A DNA stretch of 64,000 nucleotides from Paraspadella gotoi (Eukaryota; Animalia; Chaetognatha), in NCBI GenBank assembly GCA_051294375.1, contig CM119269.1, forward strand, positions 10,351,056-10,415,055. Direction: 5' to 3'. The notes under the pieces are model-generated. The model worked only from the letters and a program-made list of their open reading frames with translations. It was not told where the DNA came from and made no database searches. Made by a program: the position numbers and the translations under genes. This document shows positions 13,501 through 27,189 of the stretch, in pieces; within the stretch, counting starts at the first letter, position 1, and the number at the start of each line of letters is the position of its first letter.

Positions 13501-16500
13501 TGTTGCGCTTGTCTTACAGACTAAGATGCTATCATGGTTGTAATTAATTTATCTATTACTATTATTTATTTTTGTACCCCTTCTAATTCCCTTTTCCTAG
13601 TTTTATTATTTAGGCTTAAGGGGAACAAGTGACCAGTGGGGGTAAAAAGCTGAAAGCATAACGTTTGACCCTTTAACTTAAGCTAGTTCTGACTATATGA
13701 TTCTTTCTTCTATAATCATTTTGGAAAGTAGTAGAAAAATTCGATATAATCAGCGAGCTTAATTTTCTTTAAAAAATCGGTAAGAAAAAAAATATTTTTC
13801 AAATTTTAAATTTTTTTTCTAAAAAAGGGTAAGATCTAATTTTAAAAAGATTTTTAGCTTTTATAACAAAATTTATAACAAAAAAAAACTTGGAATGAAT
13901 CAAAATTAGTCTGTCAAACACTGATGAAGGCTTGAACAAGAGCCGAAACATGTCTGTTTATATTAAATAAAACTTTGTTTTCGCTAAAACTAAAACATAA
14001 TAAATTAAGCCACACAACATGCGGTGGCCAGCAAACGAGGCGGCGCCCGTCTCCGGACGGACTCCCCCTTGTGTCTCTCAAGTTCCTCAACACCGGCCCA
14101 CCGTAAGGTTAAATCCAGGCATTGTTTCACTCGTCGGTGCAAGACTAGCCAAGAGGGACACGAGGTCCATCCGCATCCGTCTATCCATCCGGCGGCCGCC
14201 GCGAGGCAATGGGCGTGCTCTAACACTAATTTTTTCCATCAGGAAAAACTATTTATCAGAATTTTTTTTGTAGTTTATTAGTTTATTAGCATCCTTTATT
14301 TCCAACAGTGAGGGCCGTTGCCATGCCAAGGATTTCCTATCCAGAGAGATTTGGGCAGAGTTCCTCCATGATCCTGAGTCATGAGGTCCGCTGGTCTTGC
14401 CGGGGCGCAGTTGTTCTTCTTTCTTCTTGGGAGGCCGTTGAACTGCCCCCAGAAGCCTTGTTACACTCCTTTTTATAGAAAAATCTCGGCTCCCCTACCT
14501 CCTCACTACATAGAATAGAGCATCTCATTGGAAGGAAAGAAGGAACCTGAGTACCCCTTGAAGACCCTCAGCTCTCTTCTCTCTCCTATTGGCTGAGAAC
14601 TGCGGTATGCCTGGAGTTCTGCGTCTTTGCCTCCTAGTCTCTCTGCTGAGGGTGTCGGCAAGCTTGTCATTGGTTGCTTCTCTTTTCCCCGGCCAACTTC
14701 TCATTTGAAGTTATGTGTGCTTGAGAATAGCTGACATAGCAGGAGTGAGTGGGCGAGAAGTGCTTGCTCAGGATATCTATGCGGCTTCCTGTCGTAAGCC
14801 TGCAGTAAAGTGAGGGCAGGGGCGAGAAGAATAGCTCAGGTACCTCTCTCTTCCTTCGCTAAACCATTAAAAACTGACAGGGGCCGAGAAGATTAGGCTC
14901 CAGGTGCCTCTCTCTATCTTCTTTCTCTTGTGAAAACTGAAATGGAGTAATGGTGCTTTTTAGGGCCTAGTTGCGTGGGCGGCGCCGTGCTTCTCTTCAG
15001 CGCTGCCTCGCACCATGCTCGTGAAGTCTGTGCTTGGAGGGCCGTTGAACTGCCCCCAGAAGCCTTGTTACACTCCTTTTATAGAAAATCTCGGCTCCTA
15101 CCTCCTCACTACATAGAATAGAGCATCTCATTGGAAGGAAAGAAGGAACCTGAGTACCCCTTGAAGACCCTCAGCTCTCTTCTCTCTCCTATTGGCTGAG
15201 AACTGCGGTATCTGAGTTTCTCTCTTTCCTCCTCTCTCTCTTGCTGAGGTGTGCAAGCTTGTGCATTGGTTTCTTCTCTTTTCCCCGCCAACTTCTCATT
15301 TGATTATGTGTGCTGAGATAGCTGACATAGCAGAGGAGTGGCGAGAATGCTTGCTCAGATATCTATCGTTCCTTCCTAACCTCAGTTAAGTGAGCAGGGG
15401 CGAGAAGAATAGCTCAGGTACCTCTCTCTTCCTTCCTAACGCATACAAAACTGAGCAGGGGCGAGAAGATTAGCTCAGGTACCTCTCTCTTCCTTCTTTT
15501 CTCTGTGAAAACTGAATGGAGTAATTGCTTTTTAGGCCTCTTCGTGGCGGCCGTCTTCTCTTCAAGCCTCTCGACCATCTCGTCAGGCATAAACGCCACA
15601 GCCGCCGTCATGTGGGAAGACGTCTTCTTTCACTTCCGGTTTTGTGAGGAGCGAATCAACCCTACTTTGGCAATGAAGGTTAGGAAGGTGGGAACAAAAT
15701 AGGGTGCGAACATGCAAATGGCTTTCCTCAATAATTATTTATATATCATGAATGTCATATATCATGAATATGAATTGAACGAGGGTTACTTTACTCTCAT
15801 AGACAATCATTGTTTGAGGCTTTGTAATATAGGGCAGTGATTTTATTTGGTATTTTCAACAATGGAATTGGAACTTAAATAACTATTATTTTTTTTTTTC
15901 CCCACTGATAAATATGAAACAATTAATAAAATGGTTGGCTATAGTTATCTTCTCCCTTATAACATAGTAACTCACTGGGTGAATTTCCTATGCTTTCAAA
16001 AATATGGTAAGACATAATTTATTTTACGTTTAATGGCATTCTAATTTAGAGATGAGCATCGTTTCGAATCGAAGCTCCGATCAAGATTCCCTTTATATTT
16101 CACTTCTATTCAAAACTGCATAGTCAACGGCCCAAAAAAATTATTGATCAATATGGGCAGATTTGGCGAAGCTTGGCGTCTTGGGAAGCCAATGGAGGTA
16201 GAGCGCCATCGAAATTCCCATTTATCATGCCCAAAAATAGGTATTTAAATGCAGACCTGGTCAGGTCGTTTTTCCTATTCAAGAAAACCTCGCGCTGCTT
16301 GAGTAAAAGAAGCAAAATCATACATATTAGTACAGTTTCCGAAACTTATTGTCTTTCTAACATGATTGAAAAAATGCAAAATTAAAATTCTTGCAATCTT
16401 AATTGCTTGATAAGCAATCAAATGAACTGGTTTTTTAGGTGAAAACTGCATAGTCAAGCCTTCATTTTTTTCAATTTTGAACACAATTGACAGAGAACTG

Positions 16501-19500
16501 TATTGATTTTACTATTCAAATCAGGTAGAGCGCGGGCTTAATCTAAAAGCGTTTTCTCATATAAGAAAATTTAAAAAAAGTCCAATAAAAACTGATTAAA
16601 ACAAAAATCGTCGCACAGTGTTGCTTGTGAGTCTCCAAATGCTAGAAAAAATAAATTTTTAAATTTTTTTTATAGTTATTATAATAATATAACAAAATAT
16701 TTATATTAAATATATTTATAATATGTTACCCCAGAAAATAAATTTTTTTATTCGAAGTCTTGAGAAAGGTGTACTATATATATATATATATGTTATAAAA
16801 AAATATATTTTATAACTTAAATTCCAAAACTAATTTTTGTTAAACTGTGAGTTTTTTTTTATTCATGGTATAATTAAAAAATATATAGATTGAAATAAAT
16901 TTTGTTAATTTTAATAAAATATAATATCTATATTAAATATAATTAAATTAAAAAATTTTATTTTTTTTAATTTTAATAACTAATAAAATAATAATAATAA
17001 TAAAATAAAATATTTTAATTTTTAATTTTATTTTTTTAATTATAATTATTATTTATTATTATTATTATTTATGTTTATTATTTTAATAAATTGATAATAA
17101 TATATATTTTATTATAAATAGATTTATTTTATTTATTGTAAAATTATAAAAAATTATATTTTAAATTATTTTAATATTCAAATAAATTTTAAAAAGAAAT
17201 ATTTTTATAATTTAAATATAATAAAAATTATTTTTAATCTGACGGGAATTTTTCTTGAAAAATCAGGCCCAGGAATCGTCACTGTGCGGCCGGTTCTAAA
17301 GCTTAGTATTACGCATAGTACTAATCTTTGTGTGGGAGTCAAAACGAGTCGATTTTAAAGTGGAAAGTTGATCGGTTGAAGAGGGCGATTTTTTGCGATT
17401 GCTTTTTGCGCGATGTACTTTTGAACGGATTGTCGATTAGTGATGAAATTAATGCCATGTAGATACTGTTTGCATTGTCATATCGAACGCTAGCCAAAAT
17501 TTGATATATAAAACAATGAGTTGTTTTAGAAACGATTGCTCATACCCCATTCTAATCATGGTATCTGCCCTAATTAAGATGAAACTAAAACGATTTTTCA
17601 TGGTAAGGGCAACTTTTTAAAGATTAAATTGCTCGTCAGTATCTATCGCGTTTTTAGATATACCAAAGCTTAGGCGAAAAACGGCACGCTATATTGTAAA
17701 ACTTTTTTCATTTTCTCCACTATTTTTTTTTCTCTCTTGAATTCTCTCTTTTTCTCTCTTTCTCTCTGTCTTTCTCTCCTTTTTCCGACTTTTCTGTCCT
17801 CATATTTCTCTGTGTCATCCCTTCTTTTCTTCCTTTACCTTATTTTCTCCATCCTCTCTATCTCTGCTTTTCTCTCCCTCTCTGATTCTCTTTCTTCCCT
17901 CTTATCTTTTCCTTTTCTCTTAATTGTTCTCGTTGTTTAAAATGTATTGTAAACAATGGATGACTCTTCTCATCCTGGGCGCCCGCCCAAAAGAGCGGTT
18001 CAGCTGGAAGATGGCGGGGTTCCAGAGCCAGCTGCCAAGCAGGGGACCAGGCCCGCCTCCTCAGCAGGGGAGAAGAGGGCAAGCTGCAGGGATGACAGGT
18101 CTCGTCGACATAAGGGTCGCAATGGGATTCATTCCCAACCTCACCCAGTCGTAGGCATGACCATCCCCAATGACCAATATACATCGTTTTAATGTAAAGT
18201 CTAATTTATTACCTCTGCATTTTCTTTTCTCACCTTTCATTTCCTTTCCCCCATGTCTCTCTCTATCTGAGCTAAAACTTCAACTGTCCTCACCTTCCTA
18301 TTGTTATCACTTTCCCTCAATTCTTTGTTGGAAGCTTTATTAGTTTTTGACAAGTCAATTTAAAAATTTATTCATAGGCAAACAATAGATGACCAACGGC
18401 AAATGAACCGACTCAGAGGTAAAGAATATAAGAAGGACCCGAATTCCGGAGTAAAAATTTTTTCTTCAACGATCTTGGCGTTCAATTCTCAAGAAAAAAG
18501 TCAAAATGGACAAAAATGGACATAATTTTTTTTTTATAAAAGTAGCAAAATGATATTTATCTTGATTAGAAAATGCAGCAGATGATTTCAATTAATCCGT
18601 AGTCCAGCCCTCTTTGTCTTAGGATTCAAATTAATCAATATCAATTTCTAGCAATATTGCAAAAATTGTTTTTTGGTGAATTCTCGATAGAAATACTGCT
18701 ATAACATGAGGTTAAAGATACTCGCTTTTAGCGATCCAAATCGCAGCGCAAAATGGTTGTTTCCTGCTTACTGGAATAATGAGGTGGCCACATACCTGTC
18801 TTTTCTATTTAAAATCTCTGTTTACTATGTAATGTATGTATGTTTTCCCTTTACAACTACTGTACCCTTTACAACAAAAAATGAAAATATATAAAGTCTA
18901 AAATATTTCTTCTATTCCGACTCAGAAAAAAGGCGAGAGATGGGTGTTCCAAAAAGCGAGATTGGGATCTCGTAATTCCGTTTTTTATTTTTGCCATTTT
19001 TCGTCGATCAAAGAACGAGATTATTGGTGGAGCGAGATCAAGGTCAAAAAGAGAGGAAAAGAAGGAATGATGGCCACTTGGGGGGGCATCTGGGATGCGA
19101 GGGATGTGAGTCAGTTCAATGGCAGCGAACGCTTTAGCTTTGGTTATACCTGTACCATCACACCTAACCAGCCTGCCCGCGAGGGGATTGAACCCATGTC
19201 ACGGTTGTTTAGCTAGTGTTTAGCTTTATCGCCACAGAAGAAAAAAAAATTTTTTTCTCAAAATCGTTTTTCTTCTTTAACTTATTAATCTCTCTATTTT
19301 TCTACGTGAGGTCTTTTTCTTTTGTTTCTTCTTTATAAATCATTTAATCATCTCATTAACCTCTCTAACCTCTTTGGTCATTCACCTTGGCTCTTCCCCT
19401 TCTCCTACTCACCCTTTATCCATTTCAACTTGTCTCCTCACCGTTCACTTCTTCTTTCGGTTCCAATTCTCTCCTTCCAAATTTTGTGTCCCAACATTTC

Positions 19501-22500
19501 CTTCTTATTTCTTTCCGACACTATCCCAATATATGACACCAACCTTAACCCTCAACTGTCGCTTCCTAAACGCAATACACTTTTTATCCTTATCTCTTTG
19601 TTCACATCTTTATTTCTTTCTCACGCACGAAAGCGCCCAATAAAATTCCGTTCGAGAAAATGTTGCGGATGAAAAGTCGAGTTTTTATGAAGACAAATTC
19701 TCCTGGTCAAAAAAGAAAGAAAGAAACAAATGGACAAAATTTCTGGGCAGTGCCATGTTAAAAAATTGCGATGGCTTAGTGCGATCTTTGCACTGCTTAG
19801 TAGGGTGGCGTGATTGAACATTATTTTTTTGCTGCCTTTGGACAAGTAATTCATAAATTTTAAATACTTTAAAATTTTTTTAGCATAACAGTATAGTAAA
19901 TTAAATTATTTATGTAATAATATCCTTATAAAATCATTAAATTTCAAAATAATTTTTTAAATTTTTTTGTACTAATTAATCATACTATCTTACGTCCTTG
20001 TTTGAATATTCAAATAAATTTTTTTGTTCTTACGCGGTCAGTCGAACAGACTCGCGCTCAGTGAGATAAGAGAAATATTTTAGATTGGATTTTTTAATTT
20101 TTATTCTATGTTAGTAACAATATATTTGCCTACAATAAGAAAAAAATTCAATGACAATACGTACAACAACAAAATGCACAAGGATGTCCTTAATATATTT
20201 ATTTATTTTATTTATTTCATTATTATTTATTTATCGTTTTGAGGCGTTTACACGCTACGTTCATCGCCACGGCGACGCCGACGACTACCTGTTGGCGGGC
20301 GGCGACCAGTCGGCGATCCCGGTGGCGCTATCTCTTCACCGCCACGCTGATTTCCGCGTGACACGCTCGGCTTTCCCGCTGAGGTGAAGCCGTGGGGTAG
20401 GGGAGGGGAAGTTTAGGCAAGAAATTGGTAGAGGAGACAAGGATAATGATCAGGGATATCATTTAGAAACTAATCATCAATCAACACTTCTGAACCCTAC
20501 CCGTTTTTGTTTGTAGTTTTTATCAATTTTATATATGAAACGAATATCCTAAGCGACGACAGAAGTGTTTTTCTTCTAAAAATTTTTGTTTATAAGTTGT
20601 TCAAACTGATTAAGCCACGTCCTTAAAGGTCTTCCTGAAGGGCATGACGGTTGCCGGTTACGCCGGGGGGTCTCTCATCGGAGTCGTCGTCGCCGCCCTC
20701 TTCACCGTCCCCGTTTTCTTTTCCCCTCAAATTCACTTCCATTTATTCTTATCTCGAGACGAGATTTCAAAGTCCCATCGTCAAGAAAAATCGCCCGTCT
20801 TCAGCCTTTTTTGTTCAGGTCCGTACGTTCTGAATGACAGAGGCAATTTTTACCCGGATGACGCTAAATGAGATGATGTGGCGAATTCCTAAATTTTCCT
20901 CCGTATAACTTGTCCATTGGCTTGGACACCTAATATTCGTTCACCGACCGTAGTTTCCGGTTCAATCCCCTCACGGTTTACCGCTGATTAAAGTGTTGAC
21001 ATAAACAAGCCATTTAACAGCAAGCAGATCCAAAACCTGGCCCCACTCTCCGGAGAATGATTCCACCCTGGGTGTCACAAATGTTTTCCCCGTTGCCGTA
21101 ATAAAGTAGTGTTTTGTACAGTCTTGTGCAAAAAAAAAAAAAAAAAGAAAAAAAAAAAAATAAAAGAGAATACCCCACACAGTATTTTTTGCAGAAGATT
21201 GTATGTACAGAACGACTTAAACGTTGCGGCAAAGAACTCTATTGTCCCTTCTATCTCTCGCTCTTTTTTTCCCCTCTATTCCTTTATACTTTGCAACTTT
21301 TCCCACTCCTGTCCTACGCACCCACTTTTATACTCCCCCCACCTGATCTCTTCCTCCCCATTTCCCCATTCACCCCTCACTCTCCACTTCTTTTACCCAA
21401 GATGCATTTCTACATGGGGTCTGCCTCTTCGGCCCAGCGGCGGCCGCTCAACTCGGTCACGCCCATTCTCCCTCCTCCTCCGCGATCCTCATGTGTGGCG
21501 TGCGTCTGTACGGCCTACACGTCCATGCGGCGGGATGCGGTCCGTGTGTGGACGGACACGTTTCAGTCGCGACGATGGTTCGCGGGGCTTATCGCGGTGC
21601 TGGCGATGGGGGCGGCGCGCCTTTGATGGATTCGGCAACATCGTCAAGGCCAACGTGGTGGCAAGGAGACTGGAGGTGCTGCAATTGATAACAATTTAAT
21701 AGTTCTTGTTCAGAAAAAAAACTTATAAATCTTTTTTTTAATAGCTTTCACAGGAAATTAAATATAAAAAATTTGGCTCAAATTAAAAAGATTTATATCT
21801 AATATAAAATAATCCGGCATATCTATCAAAATTAGTATCATGGACACCTAATGACCAAAAGTAATTTTAATACAGGTCCCTCCATAAGTTCTGTCGTTCG
21901 CCCGACAATACGCCACAACTGCTCTTTTTCCACGCTCCTTCGGAAGTTCCTTCATTTGGATGATGAGTATTGGGATCGTCTCAATCCATTACTCAGAGAA
22001 TACTCTGCTGAAAAAATCCGAGAAAGCCATCTAACGGTAAAATTATCTTTTTTTAAAAATAGTATTATTATGGATGGTCTTTATGTGTAAATCGTTCTGT
22101 TTTTACTGTGTTTGTAGATTATAAGACAGTTTAATTTATTTGCAACAACAATTTATTATTAAAAGACGAACATGTTTCGGCCTCGAATTCGAGCCTTCAT
22201 CAGGTCTTTATAAAACTTTCGCAAAATTGTTACATACCTTTTGAGTTTTGTTTTTTAGCTCCGGTTGAAGCGACCTCTATTCTTGGTATGCCGCTTTTTA
22301 CACAACAAAAGAACAGTTTTTATGATTGTTTCTCAGTTACTCAATATTGTTTTTGTTTTTATTTTTTACTATAATAATACAATTTTTAACCTATACTAAG
22401 ATCGTTAACCAAATCAAAAAGAATAAGATAAAAAAAAAAACCCTCAGTCCTCGGCCAAATAACTTGTTAACTTTTCCCAAAGACCTGTGCGGCCGCACCC

Positions 22501-24428
22501 ATGTACGCCTTCTTCATGGTGATCGGGATGCTCTGTGGACTCGTCCTCTGCATTTCCTTCATTTTCTGCGATCCGCTTAAGACGGGTGTCCTCTCCAACC
22601 AAAACCAACTGCTTCCTTTCTTGGTGGCGCAATCATTTGGAAGCGTTCCGGTTCTCGCGGGTAAGGGGCTGTTAGAATTTTATTTGTAGTTCATTAATTG
22701 ATTAATTAATTAATTGATTCTGAGTCCTTAGGTCCGTTGGTCTTGCTGGGGCGCAGTTGTTCTTCTTTCTTCTTGGGGAGGCCGTTGATCTGCCCCCAGA
22801 AGCCTTGTTACACTCCTTTTTATAGAAAAACTTTGCCTGCCCCTTCCTCTCTTAGATCGACGTATGTGCTGGGCAGGAAAACACTAAACTGTGCGCTTGT
22901 CTTACAGACTAAGATGCTATCATGGTTGTAATTAATTTATCTATTACTATTATTTATTTTTGTACCCCGTTCTAATTCCCTTTTCCTAGTTTATTATTTA
23001 GGCTTAAGGGGAACAAGTGACCAGTGGGGGTAAAAGCTGAAAAGCATAACGTTTGGACCCTTTAACTTAAGCTAGTTCTGACTATATGATTCTTTCTTCT
23101 ATAATCATTTTGGAAAGTAGTAGAAAAATTCGATATAATCAGCGAGCTTAATTTCTTTTAAAAAATCGGTAAGAAAATAAATATTTTAAATTTTAATAAT
23201 TTTTATATAATATATGAAAAATGGAGGTAGGAGGAGGAGGAGAAGTGAAAGAGCGCAGAGGAAAAGAGGTGAAAAATTGTAAGAGGCAGAAAGAAAATAA
23301 AATCACAAACGCAGAATCTGTTATCGAAGACGACGACGAAGTGCTTAATCTTGGGCGCCGTTAATTGATTCGCTCAAGGCTTTCTCATAACGAATGGAAA
23401 ATTAGCCTAAGTAGTAGAGTGAAGCACTCNNNNNNNNNNNNNNNNNNNNNNNNNATCCTTATAAAATCATTAAATTTCAAAATATTTTTAAAAATTTTTT
23501 TGTACTAATTAATCATACTATCTCACGTCTAAATTGATTATTCAAATAAATTTTTTTGTTCTTGAGTGCTCCACTCTACTACTTAGGCTAATTTTCCATT
23601 CGTTATGAGAAAGCCTTGAGCGAATCAATTAACGGCGCCCAAGATTAAGCACTTCGTCGTCGTCTTCGATAACAGATTCTGCGTTTGTGATTTTATTTTC
23701 TTTCTGCCTCTTACAATTTTTCACCTCTTTCCTCTGCGCTCTTTCACTTCCTCCTCCTCCTTCTCCTCCTCCTCCTCTATTAGTTCGTCTCCGTCATCTC
23801 CGGCGCCATCGTCATCGGCATCGCCTTCGTGGTCGACGCTTCCGGCAGCAACATCTTCACTTTCGGCGTCAAACTGCAGTCGGTTATCGGCGGTTCTCTT
23901 TCCGCCATTTTCTTGGCCGCTTATTTCGTGAGGATCGTTACCGCCAGGGGCGTTGTGACCGGTGAGGTGTGGTTGAATAAAAGTGACGATAAAAATAAGT
24001 AATAAGTAATAAGCAATTTCGTTAATAAGATTTATTTATTTATTTTTTTTTTTCATTTTCGTAAAAAGTTGAGTTTTCCCTCGGGCCCTCCCCCCACAAA
24101 AAAACAATCAGCAATCGGAAGCAAGCAAGTAGTTAACATAAAACAGAATTAATCAAAGATTAAGAAGAAAAGAGGAAGGTGAGAAAATTAGGGGAGTGAA
24201 AGTACACGGAAATGAAAGTGAGAGGAGGTAAAGTAAATTAAGGAAAAGGTGAGAAATACGACACCACGAAAATTAGGAGGCAGCAAAAGAAAATAAAGCC
24301 AAAACAAAGAAAAACAAAAGAGAGGGCGTGAAAAAAAAAGATTCCTTTTAACACAAGAAATTCTGGAAGAAAAACTAAAAGATGTCGCAACGAAAGAAAA
24401 GCGAAGTTTTCAAAGATTAAATCAAAAA

Positions 24429-24481
<53 letters not shown>

Positions 24482-24869
24482 GTTCTCTCCCGACTGTCTC
24501 ATTCCCGACTCTCTTCTAACTTAGATCTAAGTTCTTTTTGACTAATCATGATCATCCAAACTTTAAAAAAAACTTAAAAAATTGAGATTTTAATCTTTAT
24601 AATTTAAATACAAATTCCGTCTTCCTTTCAGGCTGGGCGGCCTCCTTCGCTCTCAGCACTTGGGTGGTCATTGGCTCGGTCCTCTACCCGGCGAGGGAGA
24701 CCGACCTCTTGCCGACCTTCGTCGACGCCGAGCTCTGCAACGCCACCTCGGGCCTCGCGGTGACGGCGACGACCTTCTCCCTCGACAACTTCACGTCGAA
24801 GTTCGAGAGCGACTCTCGCGCGATGAGGATCATCGTTGAAGCCCTCGCGGATCGTTCCAGTGCTGATGG

Positions 24870-24901
<32 letters not shown>

Positions 24902-25733
24902 GGGCTCGGTTGGATGGCGAAGTCTCGAAGGCCTGGTGAAGGGTTGAAAGTATTTGCGAGTGTTTGGGTAGTGCAGGGGAGTGCTGGAGATTGCGTGGGA
25001 CTTCTTGGGAATGCTGGAGGGAGGCAAATATTTGTTGATGTTTATACATTGAACTCTTGTTGTTGGAGTGGGAGTGATGGTAAGGGGATGCCATAAAGGA
25101 TTCTCTCACTAAACGTGAACTGGCACGATACACCAGTGATGAGCGGTATTTATTGTAGAGAGCTCACCTCGGTTCGGCTTGAAACGGTTTGGGTAAGTTC
25201 AGTGGATATTGGAGATCAAATAAAGTTCTTGTGAAATCATGCTCAATCTGCAGCAAAAGGTAGGGACGGCCAAAGGCATCATTAATCATTTGAAATGCTT
25301 AGAATAAGGAACTAGGAAAATAGATCATAATATAAAACCCCGACACTGGCTGATCAATAATTATATCACGTGATTTGTATAAGAAAAGAGAAGGTTTAAT
25401 ACAAAATAACAAATAATGATTAATAATAATTAATCATAATCATACGTAAAGTTTTATTAATTATACACAGACGAAATAAGTTTATTTCCATTCCACGTTT
25501 GGCGAAAGTTTATGTCCAACATTGTCTCCGGCGAAAGTTTGATACAGAGAGTTCTTTCTCAACCTCGATATTAACTCTATATATCTCAACCTTTCAGAGT
25601 ACGAAGGATTCGCCATTTACAGACTGAGTTACCTTTTGGTCGGTGTTTTCTCAGCCGCCGTATTTATGGTCGTCGCCGTTGTCGTCAGTCTGTTGGACGG
25701 CGGGCTCGAAGTCGGTAAAAACATTGACTCGAG
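10511..25733 (+). CDS. SLC5A sodium:solute symporter (SMCT/SMVT/NIS-like)
   Basis: Exons at about 10511-10580 (MEVGFGIVDYVIFSGTLVASMLIG), 10860-11002 (DYLLAGGDQSAIPVALSLTATLISAVTTLGFPAE), 11241-11426 (TSIYSYLETRF), 12011-12280 (YTSIGGMRSVLWTDTFQ), ~12490-12636 (FDPTIRHTLF...QRILC), 13095-13272 (CDPLKTG...NQLLPFLV), 15536-~15687 (GLFVAAVFSSSLSTISSGINA), 23784-23961, 24632-~24868 and 25598-25733 (IYRLSYL). A possible terminal exon lies near 34124-34160. All carry typical SLC5 motifs; the subfamily cannot be resolved by eye. Confidence 0.85.
11505..11590 (+). mobile_element. tRNA-derived SINE-like fragment
   Basis: B-box-like GGGTTCAATCCCCTCACGG with a weak upstream A-box. The related GGGTTCAATCCCCTCGCGG occurs on the minus strand near 19175-19200. 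No complete cloverleaf. Confidence 0.35.
12758..12804 (-). ncRNA. Minimal type I hammerhead ribozyme-like motif (Penelope-like element relic)
   Basis: Minus strand reads AAAGAC-CTGATGA-A-GGCTCG-AATT-CGAGCC-GAAAC-AT-GTTC-GTCTTT: stem I, both core boxes and a perfect stem II. The cleavage-site region is atypical (GUUC). Followed by AATAAA. Confidence 0.65.
13916..13959 (+). ncRNA. Minimal type I hammerhead ribozyme (Penelope-like element type)
   Basis: AAACA-CTGATGA-A-GGCT-TGAACAAG-AGCC-GAAAC-AT-GTC-TGTTT: stem I AAACA/TGTTT, intact core, GUC cleavage triplet and palindromic ACATGT stem III. AATAAA lies just downstream. Confidence 0.8.
16614..17286. mobile_element. Putative non-autonomous Transib-like DNA transposon with RSS-like ends
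   Basis: Inverted CACAGTG termini, each followed after 23 or 24 nt by AGAAAAA. Flanks are GC-rich 5-mers CGTCG and CGGCC (imperfect TSD). The interior is extremely AT-rich and non-coding. Confidence 0.4.
20035..23190 (+). pseudogene. Indel-rich second copy of SLC5A exons 2-6 with their introns (copy of ~10660-13800); probable assembly artefact
   Basis: Colinear with 10660-13800 including introns, but with many 1-nt indels, often in homopolymers, that frameshift the exons. Ends next to the N-gap at 23430-23454. Confidence 0.7.
22162..22209 (-). ncRNA. Hammerhead-like motif, duplicate of 12758-12804 inside the duplicated block
   Basis: Same sequence as the 12.76 kb motif with one extra base in stem II. 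Confidence 0.5.
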
Positions 25734-27189
25734 GTAAGCAATTTCTTAGAATCGTCAACCAATCGATTTATTGGATTTGTCAGTTGAATCGATGATTTAA
25801 TATCAATCAAAGTTCAACAAATTAATTAATTAATTAAGTTAAATTTGTTTAATTAAATCTTTCAAAATCAATTCAATTAATTAAATAAGTTCGATAAATT
25901 TATTTTTAAAAAAATATGGAAAAAGGGTTAGCCCTATGTCTATCAAAAAGATTTAATCNNNNNNNNNNCTATATATCTCAACCTTTCAGAGTACGAAGGA
26001 TTCGCCATTTACAGACTGAGTTACCTTTTGGTCGGTGTTTTCTCAGCCGCCGTATTTATGGTCGTCGCCGTTGTCGTCAGTCTGTTGGACGGCGGGCTCG
26101 AAGTCGGTAAAAACATTGACTCGAGGTAAGCAATTTCTTAGAATCGTCAACCAATCGATTTATTGGATTTGTCAGTTGAATCGATGATTTAATATCAATC
26201 AAAGTTCAACAAATTAATTAATTAATTAAGTTAAATTTGTTTAGATTTTGTGCAAAAGAGAGTGTGAGAGAGAGAGGAGAAAGAGAGAGAGAGAGAGGGT
26301 AAAAGTTTTTCCAAAAAGTAGTGAGACAGAATAGTGGTCAGATGTGAGGACAGGTTGAAGGTGAGGGCAGATTGAGTGATTGTGTTTTCACTAAAAAGGG
26401 ATTAAATCCTTTCTCTCTCTCTCTCTCTCTCTCTCTTTTTCTCTCTCTCCGAGTCTCCTCCTCTTCCTCTCACCTTCTCTTATTTGTAAATTTTTTTTTT
26501 TTTACCTCACCACAATTTCTCTGGCCTTGAATAATGAACCAGCTAAATGGTTTGAATGCATGGTCCTAAATAAAATTAGCACTGTTTCCCAAATCGATGT
26601 TTTTCTATATCAAACTATTCGTGCATGAGATGACACTTTAACAATCCTATATTATTATTATACAATTTTAATTTCAGCTTAAAATACAGGTTTTGTTTAT
26701 ATTTGATCAACTTAATGAAGAATTTAACATTTATTGGTTATTAGTACTATGGCCTACTGTATAAATTGTAAAATTATTATAAATTTTTTTTATACATAGA
26801 TGTTTATTAGTATAATGTTTTTGTTCTGACTTTTAGAATTTAATTAAAGTTAAATTTAGAATTTTTACTACGCTTAGTAGTCATGTCACATCATGTCACA
26901 TCATGTCATGATAAATACACATGATAAGGCATCAACGGTGGCGCAACACATTTGAATTACCGTTCTTGTTTATTCATTTTTTCAATTCCCTTTAATAGGT
27001 CCTAGTTTTAACAATGTATCCAAGCGAATTTAATCTGAAAGAAACCAATCTTTTATACAATTATGTTGGTATGACATGATTAATTTTTATGCTGCTAATT
27101 GGAAAAACAATGGACTCATAAACTCTTCAAAACCATATCGTGTTAGTAACTTGAATATTTATAAGAGGATTTATTAGCTTATTTACAGC

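Noticed and set aside
24866-24900. Poly-Asp tract in the SLC5A ORF
   Set aside because: It is a (GAT)n microsatellite. A phase-1 donor just before it (GAT G|gtgatg) fits the next exon, so it is probably intronic.
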